In this document: positions 17,091-25,613 of the stretch, piece by piece | Numbering within the stretch: position 1 is the first letter of the stretch | How the letters are laid out: the number at the start of each line of letters is the position of its first letter | Source of the DNA: an uncultured bacterium | GTDB lineage: Bacteria > Omnitrophota > Omnitrophia > Omnitrophales > Aquincolibacteriaceae | Length of the DNA stretch: 64,000 nucleotides | Reading direction: 5' to 3' | Assembly (NCBI GenBank): GCA_964434115.1 | Contig: CAYSSX010000004.1 | Location: 175,688 to 239,687 of the forward strand | The notes under the pieces: model-generated | Told to the model about the DNA's origin: nothing | Seen by the model: the letters and a program-made list of their open reading frames with translations, nothing else | Databases searched by the model: none | Program-made: the position numbers and the translations under genes

Positions 17091-17474
17091 TTAGGGCTTG
17101 CGGACGTGCTTGCGGACGAGCGCCAACAGAGCCTCGGAAGCAATCGGTTTGGATTCGATTACAAGGTTCTTGATCCCGATCTTGTCGATCAGCGCTTTCC
17201 GCTCTTTCGTCGAGACAAAGGCCGTCAGGAAAACCACGGGAATCTGTTTCAGCTCAGGGTCGCGGTGAAGGGCTTCAAAAATGGCGACCCCGTCCATGTC
17301 CGGAAGAATCATATCCAGAATAATCAGGTCCGGGTTCAGGGCCCGGGCAGCGCTCTCAGCCTTGACGCCTTCCCGCTCAACGACAACATCATACTCTTCC
17401 GTGTACTCCAGGTTGAGCTTTACGATGTCGCCAAAGGATTCTTCGTCATCCACAACCAGAATTTTCTTTTTCAT
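17091..17474 (-). CDS. Single-domain response regulator (CheY-like receiver)
   Basis: MKKKILVVDDEESFGDIVKLNL...DLIILDMILPDMDG... Confidence 0.85.
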   Translation of the reverse strand: MKKKILVVDDEESFGDIVKLNLEYTEEYDVVVEREGVKAESAARALNPDLIILDMILPDMDGVAIFEALHRDPELKQIPVVFLTAFVSTKERKALIDKIGIKNLVIESKPIASEALLALVRKHVRKP

Positions 17475-17587
17475 CCGCTCCGGCTTTCCTGAAAAGATTT
17501 GTTCTTCTAATGTAGCGTCATCCCGCCGTGTTTTCTAAACCTGTTTCTTCGTTTGAATTCCTTAAAAGAGTGCCGTACAATGCGCCC

Positions 17588-17995
17588 ATGGTCAACATTG
17601 ATCTCGTTTATGAAGGCAGTCTCCGCTGCCGCCTGAAGCATGAACCTTCGGGAATGGAAATTTCAACCGATGCCCCCAAAGACAATATGGGCAAGGGCGA
17701 AGCTTTTTCTCCGACCGACCTTGTGGCCGCGGGGCTTGTCTCCTGCATGATGACGATTATGGGAATCTTTGCTTCCCGCCACAACATCGCGCTGGAAGGC
17801 GCCAGAGCGCGGGTCACCAAAGAAATGGTTCAGGACCCCCGCCGTATCGGCCGCCTGACCGTCACCTTTCACCTGCCCGGCGGAATTGAAGCCTCAAAAC
17901 GGGAAGCCTTGGAACGCGCGGCCCTCACCTGCCCCGCGCACAAAAGCCTTCGTCCTGACATTGAGGTACCCGTCAAGTTTGAATACGGCAGCTAA
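17588..17995 (+). CDS. OsmC/Ohr-family peroxiredoxin-like protein
   Basis: ...PTDLVAAGLVSCMMTIMGIFASRHNIALEGARARVTKEM...LTCPAHKSL. ATG 17588 gives the typical ~135 aa length. Confidence 0.7.
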   Translation: MVNIDLVYEGSLRCRLKHEPSGMEISTDAPKDNMGKGEAFSPTDLVAAGLVSCMMTIMGIFASRHNIALEGARARVTKEMVQDPRRIGRLTVTFHLPGGIEASKREALERAALTCPAHKSLRPDIEVPVKFEYGS

Positions 17996-18002
17996 CTCGC
18001 TT

Positions 18003-18578
18003 TTAAGCCCCGATTTTCTGCAGAAGTTTCGCGACCTGAGCGCCCACGTTTTCAACCATGCTCTGCATCTTCGCGTCTTTCAAGGACCCATCCGCCTGAA
18101 ACGCCTCATGCGCTGAAGAAACAGCCGCCTGATCGGGCACCACAAGGACTTGGATGTTTCCGAGCATGGCACGCACATGCACCAGCCCGCGAAGGCCGCC
18201 AAGTTTACCCGGAGAGGCGCTCACAAGCCCTGCTGTTTTTCCCGCAAAACAAGCCAGCGATTTTTCGCCCGGCAGAGGGCGCGAAACCCAATCGAGCGTG
18301 TTTTTGAGAAGCGGCGTGATGGAGCTGTTGTATTCGGGGCAGGAAAGAAGCAAGCCCTGATGGGACAGGAAAAGAGCTTTGAGCTTCTTTACATTTTCGG
18401 GAAACCCGCGGGCTTCAAGGTCTTCATCAAATACGGGCAGCGGAAAATCGCGAAGGTCAATCACCAGGACCTCCGCCCCGGCCTTCCGCGCTCCAGCCGC
18501 GGCAATTTGAATCAGTTTTTTGTTAAAAGAATCCTGCCGGGAACTACCGGCAAAAGCAAGGATACGCGGCTGGCTCAT
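18003..18578 (-). CDS. NAD(P)H-dependent FMN reductase (flavodoxin-like fold)
   Basis: MSQPRILAFAGSSRQDSFNKKL... ; RBS AAAAGGGG. Confidence 0.8.
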   Translation of the reverse strand: MSQPRILAFAGSSRQDSFNKKLIQIAAAGARKAGAEVLVIDLRDFPLPVFDEDLEARGFPENVKKLKALFLSHQGLLLSCPEYNSSITPLLKNTLDWVSRPLPGEKSLACFAGKTAGLVSASPGKLGGLRGLVHVRAMLGNIQVLVVPDQAAVSSAHEAFQADGSLKDAKMQSMVENVGAQVAKLLQKIGA

Positions 18579-18644
18579 AAAAACCCCTTTTATGGTTGAA
18601 TGCTGGCAGCGGGGACCTTCCGTGTCAGGCTGCGCCGCCTTGTT

Positions 18645-19370
18645 TTAGGCCGCGGCCGGGGGAACCGTGGAAGCGAATTTCTGCTGGGCCTGCTTGAGAA
18701 TGCCGGTTTCAGCAGCCGGGTATTGTTTAATCATTTTCGAAAGGCTTTCACGGGTTTGGGGAACCACTTTTTTCGTAAACTCCTGGATAAATTCTGCGAA
18801 TGCTTTTTTGAACGCATCGGAGTTCGGCCCGCTGAGGGATTTCACTTCCTCCCCGGCTTTGGCGGAGAGCTGACTGCCCAGATCCTGCTGAAATTTCTCC
18901 GTGAAAAGGCGGTCCAGATCCGCTTCCGCGGCTTTGACCCGAGCCAAGGTGGTGACCGCATTTTTTTCGGGAAATTCAAAAGAAACTCCTATATCCAGAG
19001 GAAGCAGGGCTCCCTGTTTTTCCCGTAAAGTGTAGAAAAAGGTGTACTTCCCAAGCTGAAGGCGGTCCTTTTCCTTCCCCTCTTCATCCGGTATGGAAAG
19101 GATTACTTTTAAACTGATCGTGTACCGGAGTTCCATCTTGTGCACGGCGCTTTGAAGGTCTCTTTTGATTTCCTGTTCGCTCGCAGTGGTCAGAATTTCC
19201 GATTTACGCTCCGCATCCTGCGCAAGAATCTTAAAATTCGGCCCATTCTTCAAGAGTTCTTCCGCACGAAGAAGCGTTGCCTGGCTCTGCGGCTCAGCAG
19301 CCTCAACGGCCGCCTGAGAAAAACTCACCCCTAAAAAAACAGCACTCATGACAACCCAAATCTTTTTCAT
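18645..19370 (-). CDS. Secreted hypothetical protein (signal peptide MKKIWVVMSAVFLGVSFSQA)
   Basis: Strong RBS AAGGAGG upstream of ATG 19370. Confidence 0.5.
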   Translation of the reverse strand: MKKIWVVMSAVFLGVSFSQAAVEAAEPQSQATLLRAEELLKNGPNFKILAQDAERKSEILTTASEQEIKRDLQSAVHKMELRYTISLKVILSIPDEEGKEKDRLQLGKYTFFYTLREKQGALLPLDIGVSFEFPEKNAVTTLARVKAAEADLDRLFTEKFQQDLGSQLSAKAGEEVKSLSGPNSDAFKKAFAEFIQEFTKKVVPQTRESLSKMIKQYPAAETGILKQAQQKFASTVPPAAA

Positions 19371-19384
19371 TATTTCCTCCTTGA

Positions 19385-20182
19385 TTAACGGAACCAGCTT
19401 TGGAGCGTCTGACGGGCCTGGTCCACCATGACCTTGGCCTGATTTTCAAGACTGTGCTGCAGATCATCGAGCTGGGCGTTTACAGCCATAAGGCCCAGCT
19501 TCTTCAGCACCATCACTACAATCTGCTCGGTCACGCTTGCCGGATCCGTGACATTCTGGAGCTGAAAGTTCTGAATGTTCACGTTCAAGCTTCTCTCCAC
19601 GAATTTATCCTTCGAAGTATCCACATACCTCGCGCGGCCGATACTCACCATCACCCGGTCCACCTGGGTTGTAATCCTGCGCCCGGGTTTCGGTTTTGCG
19701 GGCCCTTTGCTTTCCGGAGGCGGACCGCCCGGAGCGGGAGCCTTCCCCTGATTTTGCGCGTCTTTTTTGTTCTGATTCAGTTTTTGAATCAACTCGTTCA
19801 GATTGATTTTGCCCTGCGCATTTTTTTCAATCGTGATCTCTTCAATGTGGATCCTGATTTCCCGCACGTGAATGCGGCCTTTCAGAATGGCCAGCGGATT
19901 CATTTCAAAATAAATTTCGGGCAGCGACGCAAGGACGGGTTCACGGAACCCCTTCGGATTATGGATCTTGATCCCGTACAGGCCAAGCTTAACCGGATAA
20001 AGATTGACGTAAAAGCGGCTCACCGACACACGCGTGCCAATCGCCTGTTCCAGCATGCGGCCTGTAATTTCGCTCACCGCCGCCTGCGATGAAAAAATAG
20101 CGGCGAGTAAAAAGCCGCCCGTCAAAAACCAGCGCTTCCGCGGAAAAATCCAGTTAAAAAGAGAAAGCGTAAACGGTCCCAT
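19385..20182 (-). CDS. Membrane-anchored hypothetical protein (N-terminal TM, Pro/Lys-rich linker)
   Basis: RBS GAGGAG upstream of ATG 20182. Confidence 0.5.
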   Translation of the reverse strand: MGPFTLSLFNWIFPRKRWFLTGGFLLAAIFSSQAAVSEITGRMLEQAIGTRVSVSRFYVNLYPVKLGLYGIKIHNPKGFREPVLASLPEIYFEMNPLAILKGRIHVREIRIHIEEITIEKNAQGKINLNELIQKLNQNKKDAQNQGKAPAPGGPPPESKGPAKPKPGRRITTQVDRVMVSIGRARYVDTSKDKFVERSLNVNIQNFQLQNVTDPASVTEQIVVMVLKKLGLMAVNAQLDDLQHSLENQAKVMVDQARQTLQSWFR

Positions 20183-20191
20183 AAAAACTCC

Positions 20192-20746
20192 TCAAACCGG
20201 GGGCTTCTCCGGCAATGGATGAAGGTAGAACATAAGCCCGGCAAGGGCGAACCCGTCCACCACTCGCCGTTCCGCGAGAAGGGTCTGAACTTCCGAACGG
20301 GTGAACCACCGGGTTTGACGGACTTCATTGGCATCAAATTCAGCGGTTTTACGGCCCGCTTGTCCGCGCAGAATGTGAAACGTACAATTCGAAATCCCGA
20401 TAATCGGGTAATACGTATAAACCGGCTTCAGGGGGCCGGTCTCATAGCCGGTCTCTTCCAGGACTTCGCGCCGGGCCGCGGCTTCCACAGTTTCTTCGGA
20501 AGGCGTAAAACCTCCCGCGGGAATTTCCCAATCCACAAGATCATGCAGGTAGCGGTAAGACTCGATCAGGAGCACTTCATCGCGTTCATTGGTAATCACG
20601 GCAGCCACACCCTGGTGGGGAAAATCAAGAAAATGATGTTCTTCGGCAATGCGTCCCGCGGGATAAAGCACCCGGTCCACGTGAAGGCGTATCCAAGGGC
20701 TTTCATAAATCGTTTTTCTTGAAAGCGCTTTTGGCCTTGAACTCAT
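20192..20746 (-). CDS. NUDIX hydrolase
   Basis: Nudix box ...GGFTPSEETVEAAARREVLEETGYE... Confidence 0.8.
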   Translation of the reverse strand: MSSRPKALSRKTIYESPWIRLHVDRVLYPAGRIAEEHHFLDFPHQGVAAVITNERDEVLLIESYRYLHDLVDWEIPAGGFTPSEETVEAAARREVLEETGYETGPLKPVYTYYPIIGISNCTFHILRGQAGRKTAEFDANEVRQTRWFTRSEVQTLLAERRVVDGFALAGLMFYLHPLPEKPPV

Positions 20747-21258
20747 AGGGTCGTTGTGACCTCAGATTTTTCACCCGGAACCAGGATCTTCACAGACTCT
20801 GTTTCCGCTTTCCCGTCATCAACCGTACTTTCTTTTGCGGGAGCGGTTTCTTTTTTCTTTTCGCGGTCTTTCTTTTCTTCATGCGCCTTGCCGCGGAGTT
20901 TTTTGACTTCCTCCACCTTTTCGCGCTTTTGCTGCTTGAGTTCTTCCATACGGGCCTTGCGGACCGCTTTGTCTTTCTCTTCCCAGTCGCGCCGGCCTTT
21001 TTCAGTGGTCAGATCCGCCTTCGCCAGCTCCTTTTGCACATGCCCGCGGAGATCCTCCTGGGTTTCCCTCTTTTTCTTCACCGCGTCCGTGGGCTCAATC
21101 CGGGGCTTTCCCGCATACTCCGAATCAGGAGTGTCCTTTTCTTCTGTTTTGGCCCAAAAGCCCCAGGGACGGTCTTCCGCTGCGGCGGGATTGATCGGGG
21201 AAAATAAAAAACAGAGGCTCAAGAAGAAAAGTCCGGACCCGCGGCGGAGGGCATTCAT
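20743..21258 (-). CDS. Secreted Lys/Glu-rich coiled-coil protein
   Basis: Signal peptide MNALRRGSGLFFLSLCFLFSPINPAAA from ATG 21258 with RBS GGAAAGGG; 4 nt overlap with the downstream NUDIX start. Confidence 0.5.
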   Translation of the reverse strand: MNALRRGSGLFFLSLCFLFSPINPAAAEDRPWGFWAKTEEKDTPDSEYAGKPRIEPTDAVKKKRETQEDLRGHVQKELAKADLTTEKGRRDWEEKDKAVRKARMEELKQQKREKVEEVKKLRGKAHEEKKDREKKKETAPAKESTVDDGKAETESVKILVPGEKSEVTTTL

Positions 21259-21494
21259 TTTTCCGCACCCTTTCCAGCGTAGCGGAAACGAGGCACCTGT
21301 TTTCCCTCTACCGTCACTTCGCCGGAGAACATGGACTCGGGGCGGACCCAAAGGGAATCTTTTCCGAATTTCGTTTCATAAAGCGCGCGGTAAACCACCA
21401 AAGGCTCCAGGGTTTCACTGTGATGGGCAAGGCCGATCACTTCATAGGACTTTCCTTTGTAGTGATGATAAAGACCGGGCTTAAGCTCTGTCAC
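21255..21494 (-). CDS. DUF1653 domain protein
   Basis: ...YHHYKGKSYEVIGLAHHSETLEPLVVYRALY...; GTG start overlapping the upstream stop. Confidence 0.6.
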   Translation of the reverse strand: MTELKPGLYHHYKGKSYEVIGLAHHSETLEPLVVYRALYETKFGKDSLWVRPESMFSGEVTVEGKQVPRFRYAGKGAEK

Positions 21495-22015
21495 GGGTTG
21501 GCCGGTTCCACGGGTTCTGTGAGGGATTTTAAAGCTGTCTCAAGACGCGTGATTGCCGCGGCATCCGGCTGCGCCTGTTTTTTGCGGATAGCCAAGGCTT
21601 TTTCCAGTTTCACCCGGGCCTTGGAAGTCTCCTTGCGGTACAAGTCGAGCATGGCAAAATTATAAAGACTGTCGGCGACTTCAAGGCTTTCCAGCCCCAG
21701 GTTTTTTTCTTCAATGCGGATGGCGTCTTCATACATCCACTCGGCTTCATCGGAACGCCCGGCGCGGAAGTAGAGGTTGGCAAGATTGTTGAGGGCCTTC
21801 GCGGTGTTGATATGATCGGGGCCGAAATTGGCTTTGGCGTACCCCAGGGATTCCTCCGCAAGATGCACGGCGTTTTCGATATCCCCCTGCCGGTAGAGAT
21901 TAGCCACTTCTTCATTCAGATGATGCCAGGCTTCTTCATTAGCCTGAAGGGGCGGGAGAACGGAAAGCGTCAAAGACAAAAACAAGACAGCGGAAAACAC
22001 AAAAGGGGAATTCAT
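21491..22015 (-). CDS. Secreted tetratricopeptide-repeat protein
   Basis: Signal peptide + TPR-like ...AKALNNLANLYFRAGRSDEAEWMYEDAIRI...; RBS AGAGGAG. Confidence 0.7.
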   Translation of the reverse strand: MNSPFVFSAVLFLSLTLSVLPPLQANEEAWHHLNEEVANLYRQGDIENAVHLAEESLGYAKANFGPDHINTAKALNNLANLYFRAGRSDEAEWMYEDAIRIEEKNLGLESLEVADSLYNFAMLDLYRKETSKARVKLEKALAIRKKQAQPDAAAITRLETALKSLTEPVEPANP

Positions 22016-22120
22016 CGAAAGGGCTCCTCTTTTCCTGAAGTTGAAGAAAAAGCGGAGCCATTATACCGCCCGGAGGCCTAAAACAAAAACGCTTTTGAAA
22101 AAGAAAAGGCCTGTCCTGGG

Positions 22121-22140
22121 AAAACAGACGGGGCCGTCTG
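22121..22140 (-). terminator. Hairpin CAGACGG-CC-CCGTCTG followed by TTTTCC on the minus strand
   Basis: 7 bp stem with a short U-tract, downstream of the 22170..22394 ORF. Confidence 0.4.
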
Positions 22141-22169
22141 AAAAGATATTTAAGGGCGGGATTCTTCGT

Positions 22170-22394
22170 TTAATTCAGACTGGGGTCTTCGTGGGACCTG
22201 CTTTGCGGCTTGGCCCAGCGCACCCTGGGGCTGTAACCGGCCTTGCGATGCAAATGATCCCGGGTATTTTGAAACTCACTGACGGCCTCTTCGAGTCTTT
22301 CAAGAAGCGTTTCAACATCCACCAGTTTTTTTTCGATCGAGTGAATCTGCTTTTTCTTTTGTTCTTTCTGAGTAGCTTTCGGCCACCGATTCAT
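22170..22394 (-). CDS. Small coiled-coil hypothetical protein (74 aa)
   Basis: Strong RBS CAGGAGG 3 nt upstream of ATG 22394. Confidence 0.45.
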   Translation of the reverse strand: MNRWPKATQKEQKKKQIHSIEKKLVDVETLLERLEEAVSEFQNTRDHLHRKAGYSPRVRWAKPQSRSHEDPSLN

Positions 22395-22483
22395 GAGAAC
22401 CTCCTGAGTTGTCTGAAGATTACCCAGACGCGAGGAGGTTCAAATACCGGCGATGTAAAATCTGTGTAATCGCCGGGGAGGGG

Positions 22484-23155
22484 CTAAACAGCGGCCGCCT
22501 TTTCATACTTGGCGATGACTTCTTTTTCTTCGCGGGCCGCTCTCACCCATTCCTGCATGGCCGGAAGATTCATGACGGCCCGGACATACGCCACGGAAAT
22601 TTCATCCAGCCTCGGTTCATAGGCCGTGAAACGGACGCAGACAGGCGCGTACATCGCATCCGCGATACTGAAGCGGCCGAACAGAAAATCGCCGCCCCGC
22701 CCATGCGTTTTACGGCACTGATTCCAAATTTCACAGACGCGGGCAATATCCTCTGCCACTTCGGGGGTCATGCCTTGTCCGGGATACCTGCGGCTCGCAT
22801 TCATGGGCATGTTCTGCCGCAGCGCCTGAAAGCCCGCGTGCATCTCATGGGAAATGGAGCGTGCCAAGGCCCGTGCCCGGAGGTCTTCGGGCCAGAGTTT
22901 CTTTTCCGGATAACACTCCGCGGCATACTCACAAATCGCAAGCGATTCCCAAACCGTAAAATCCCCTTCCCGAAGGACCGGAACACGGCCTGACGGGGAA
23001 AGGCGCGCGACTTTTTCAGCCGTATCCGGAAGATGGAGAGGGATCCGGACTTCTTCGAAAGGAATGCCGGCTTGTTTAAAAAGAAGCCAGGGCCTCAGCG
23101 ACCAGGAGGAATAATTTTTATTGGCAATCACCAGGGTCCATGAATTTTTGTTCAT
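22484..23155 (-). CDS. Glutathione S-transferase family protein
   Basis: Thioredoxin-like GST N-domain ...SSWSLRPWLLFKQAGIPFEEV...RVPVL.. Confidence 0.8.
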   Translation of the reverse strand: MNKNSWTLVIANKNYSSWSLRPWLLFKQAGIPFEEVRIPLHLPDTAEKVARLSPSGRVPVLREGDFTVWESLAICEYAAECYPEKKLWPEDLRARALARSISHEMHAGFQALRQNMPMNASRRYPGQGMTPEVAEDIARVCEIWNQCRKTHGRGGDFLFGRFSIADAMYAPVCVRFTAYEPRLDEISVAYVRAVMNLPAMQEWVRAAREEKEVIAKYEKAAAV

Positions 23156-23532
23156 TTTAATTCTCCCTCTTCAGCGGATTTCGTAAACGGATAAACCCAA
23201 AGAATAAAAACAAGCTGCACCGGAAGTCTCATCCACAAAATGAAGGGAGGGACGCCCGGAAAAATTTCAGGATGAAGCGCGAGATGAATATTGGCAGGGA
23301 AAACCGCAAGAAGAAGAGCAATCAATCCCCAGGCGGAGAGACGGCGGGTTTTTTCCCATAGAACCAGGCCGCCCAAAAGAATCTCCGCGGCTCCGCTAAG
23401 ATAAACAAGGGCCAGCGGGGCTGGAAGGTAAGAAGGCATCATGCGCAGATAATAATCAGGATTCAGAAAGTGCAGGGTTCCGGCGGCCGCAAAAAAAAGG
23501 CTCAAAAAAATCTTGAGAAGACGTCTTTTCAT
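23152..23532 (-). CDS. DoxX-family membrane protein
   Basis: 4 TM, ...GAAEILLGGLVL...ALLLAVFPANI... Confidence 0.7.
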   Translation of the reverse strand: MKRRLLKIFLSLFFAAAGTLHFLNPDYYLRMMPSYLPAPLALVYLSGAAEILLGGLVLWEKTRRLSAWGLIALLLAVFPANIHLALHPEIFPGVPPFILWMRLPVQLVFILWVYPFTKSAEEGELK

Positions 23533-24008
23533 TCCTTTCCCAAAGCCTCCGTGACGGTCCGGAGAAAAAACTCCCCGAAATCTTCGGCAAGGATTTCAAT
23601 CTCCGCGCCGGGCTGGGAATAACCCGAGGGAAGCAGAAGCACCGGCCCCTCATCCCCTTTTTCTGCCGGGGAGGTATCAAGCGCAAGCAGCTCGCCGTCT
23701 CCTAAGGCGCCAATAATGACGTAAGGTTTTGGGAGGGCGCCGGATTTGCGTTCTTCAAGCGTAAACCAGACCGCGTCCGGGATCGCGGAGTTTTCAAAAT
23801 TTTCATCAATGATTCCGTAGAACTCTTCGCCCGCCACATCGCCGCAGCCCAGGTTCTTTAAAAAGGCGCGGTAGGTCGGCGGGAACTTGACCCCCAGCAG
23901 GCTTTCCGCCTTCTCGACAAGCGCCTCGGGTTTAGGGCCTTCAAAATCAGACTCGTCCCGGTGCTTGGCAATCAACGCCAGGGCATCACTCAAAGCCTCC
24001 ATGCTCAT
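23529..24008 (-). CDS. SMI1/KNR4 (SUKH-superfamily) protein
   Basis: ...LGVKFPPTYRAFLKNLGCGD... motif typical of SMI1/KNR4. Confidence 0.65.
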   Translation of the reverse strand: MSMEALSDALALIAKHRDESDFEGPKPEALVEKAESLLGVKFPPTYRAFLKNLGCGDVAGEEFYGIIDENFENSAIPDAVWFTLEERKSGALPKPYVIIGALGDGELLALDTSPAEKGDEGPVLLLPSGYSQPGAEIEILAEDFGEFFLRTVTEALGKE

Positions 24009-24415
24009 GACAGGTTTCTGGTGGCAAGGTCTTCAAAAACAGCATTCACCAGCTTCTGCGCAAGGTCCTGATGCGGAAAAAGGCCTTCCGCACGGCGCGC
24101 CTTGATACGGAAACGCACAGACACGGTTGTCGCCGGCTCAATGGACGCTTTCACTTCGGAGTCCTGAATCACGGCCTCCAGCGTGCGGGTGGTGCGGTTA
24201 CGGGAGGTAATCAGCCCCTTTTGCCCCAGCACATGTTCAACAGTCTCGTAAACGTCATCGATCGGCGCATCGGTAAGCCCTTCGATTTCATCGTCAGAAA
24301 CCGCGTACCCTCCGGCAGCCCCGCCACCGAGAAGGAAAAGGGCGCAGCCGGAATTTGCAAAACCCAAACCAAAAAGGAGGAGTAAAAGAGGCAGTGATTT
24401 TTTAAAAGCAATCAT
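24005..24415 (-). CDS. Lipoprotein (lipobox LGFANSGC)
   Basis: Signal peptide + Cys; RBS AAGGAAAA. Confidence 0.55.
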   Translation of the reverse strand: MIAFKKSLPLLLLLFGLGFANSGCALFLLGGGAAGGYAVSDDEIEGLTDAPIDDVYETVEHVLGQKGLITSRNRTTRTLEAVIQDSEVKASIEPATTVSVRFRIKARRAEGLFPHQDLAQKLVNAVFEDLATRNLS

Positions 24416-24509
24416 GGATTTTTCCTTATCTGGGGAAGGGAGAAAAACGATTAGAATTTAAGTCTTTGCCCTTTAGCATAATGATTTAGACGGAAAGCGC
24501 AAGCAGGGA

Positions 24510-24896
24510 TTAGGATTTGACGGCTTTCCGGATCTCCCGGACCAGCGGCAGGAAATAATTCTCGCTCGGCAGGTATTCGACGGCCGGGAGTTTGGGGGTT
24601 CCGGGAAGTTCCCCTCTCCGGAGCGCGTCAAAAACCTCGCTGATCACCAGCTGTTTCATTTTCTGAATGGAGGTTGCGGGAAAAAGGACCGATCCGTGGG
24701 CTGTCTTGAGCTTGACGCCTTCCCGCGACTCGGACTCAAATTCTCCGATCACGGCCGGGCCGGTTCTCATTTCAATACGGCGGTAATCCTTATGGATCAG
24801 GATCTCCGCGTAGTCTTTGAAAACCTCCGGGTAAACACGGATCCCCGCAGCCCAAACGCATCCTGCGGCAAGCAAAAGAAGCAAAATCTTTTTCAT
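24510..24896 (-). CDS. Putative lipoprotein (MKKILLLLLAAGC...)
   Basis: ATG 24896 with RBS GGAG. The ORF-track extension to 24941 is unsupported. Confidence 0.5.
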   Translation of the reverse strand: MKKILLLLLAAGCVWAAGIRVYPEVFKDYAEILIHKDYRRIEMRTGPAVIGEFESESREGVKLKTAHGSVLFPATSIQKMKQLVISEVFDALRRGELPGTPKLPAVEYLPSENYFLPLVREIRKAVKS

Positions 24897-24962
24897 CCAA
24901 ACTCCAGGTTTTTTAGGAAAGGGCCATGCCCAAACAGGCACAGCCCCAAGAACCGGCAGCGA

Positions 24963-25253
24963 TTAAGAAAAACTTTTAAGCACCGTAAACAGGCACCGCG
25001 GCGTGTCGACGATGCGGATGTACCCGTAAGACTCCCAGGTTTTCAAAATGTCCCGGAAACGCGCATCGCGGATATCCGCCGAGTAACCCATGACCACAAA
25101 AACATCCTGAGCATTCCAGTCTCTTTCCCCGCATTCAAAGTACCTTGCCATGACCGACTTCAAATCTCCGATGCCCTCATAAAACGGCTTTCTTTGAGAT
25201 CCCCTGCGTCTGATTTTATCCAGCCTTCTCATCACTCTCTGGTAGTCGTGCAT
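24963..25253 (-). CDS. Hypothetical protein (96 aa)
   Basis: RBS GGAGG 5 nt upstream of ATG 25253. Confidence 0.4.
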   Translation of the reverse strand: MHDYQRVMRRLDKIRRRGSQRKPFYEGIGDLKSVMARYFECGERDWNAQDVFVVMGYSADIRDARFRDILKTWESYGYIRIVDTPRCLFTVLKSFS

Positions 25254-25339
25254 GCGCACCTCCGTGAGATTCGAGATTAAGGTAGATCTTGTCTGCTTTT
25301 ATATCGTCACGGCAGAAATTTTCGGGAGGGTGTTTTTCA

Positions 25340-25371
25340 AAAAAAAAGGCAGGCTGTTTGGGCAGCCTGCC
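25340..25371 (-). terminator. Rho-independent terminator (GGCAGGCTG-N-CAGCCTGCC followed by T9 on the minus strand) closing the polyphosphate operon
   Basis: 9 bp stem plus a 9 nt U-tract. Confidence 0.7.
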
Positions 25372-25397
25372 GGAAACCTTAAAACCAGCCGATCGGA

Positions 25398-25535
25398 TCA
25401 GCCTTTTTTCTTGAGAAGCTCCTCGATAAGGACATTGGTTTTTTCCTGGGTCTTACGGCACTTCATCACTTCAATGGCCGTGACTGCCGTAGGGACAAAG
25501 ATAATCATAAACAAGGCTGCGATTAAGGGGGTCAT
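25398..25535 (-). CDS. Small single-TM peptide (45 aa, MTPLIAALFMIIFVPTAVTAIEVMKCRKTQEKTNVLIEELLKKKG)
   Basis: RBS AAGGAG 5 nt upstream of ATG 25535; last ORF before the terminator, directly after ppk. Confidence 0.4.
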   Translation of the reverse strand: MTPLIAALFMIIFVPTAVTAIEVMKCRKTQEKTNVLIEELLKKKG

Positions 25536-25613
25536 GACAGCTCCTTTGCTTCCCTTTCGGGAGGGTTTGATTTCTAGCCTACCTGCCTTCTTTGGAAAAA
25601 GCAAACCCTAGTC

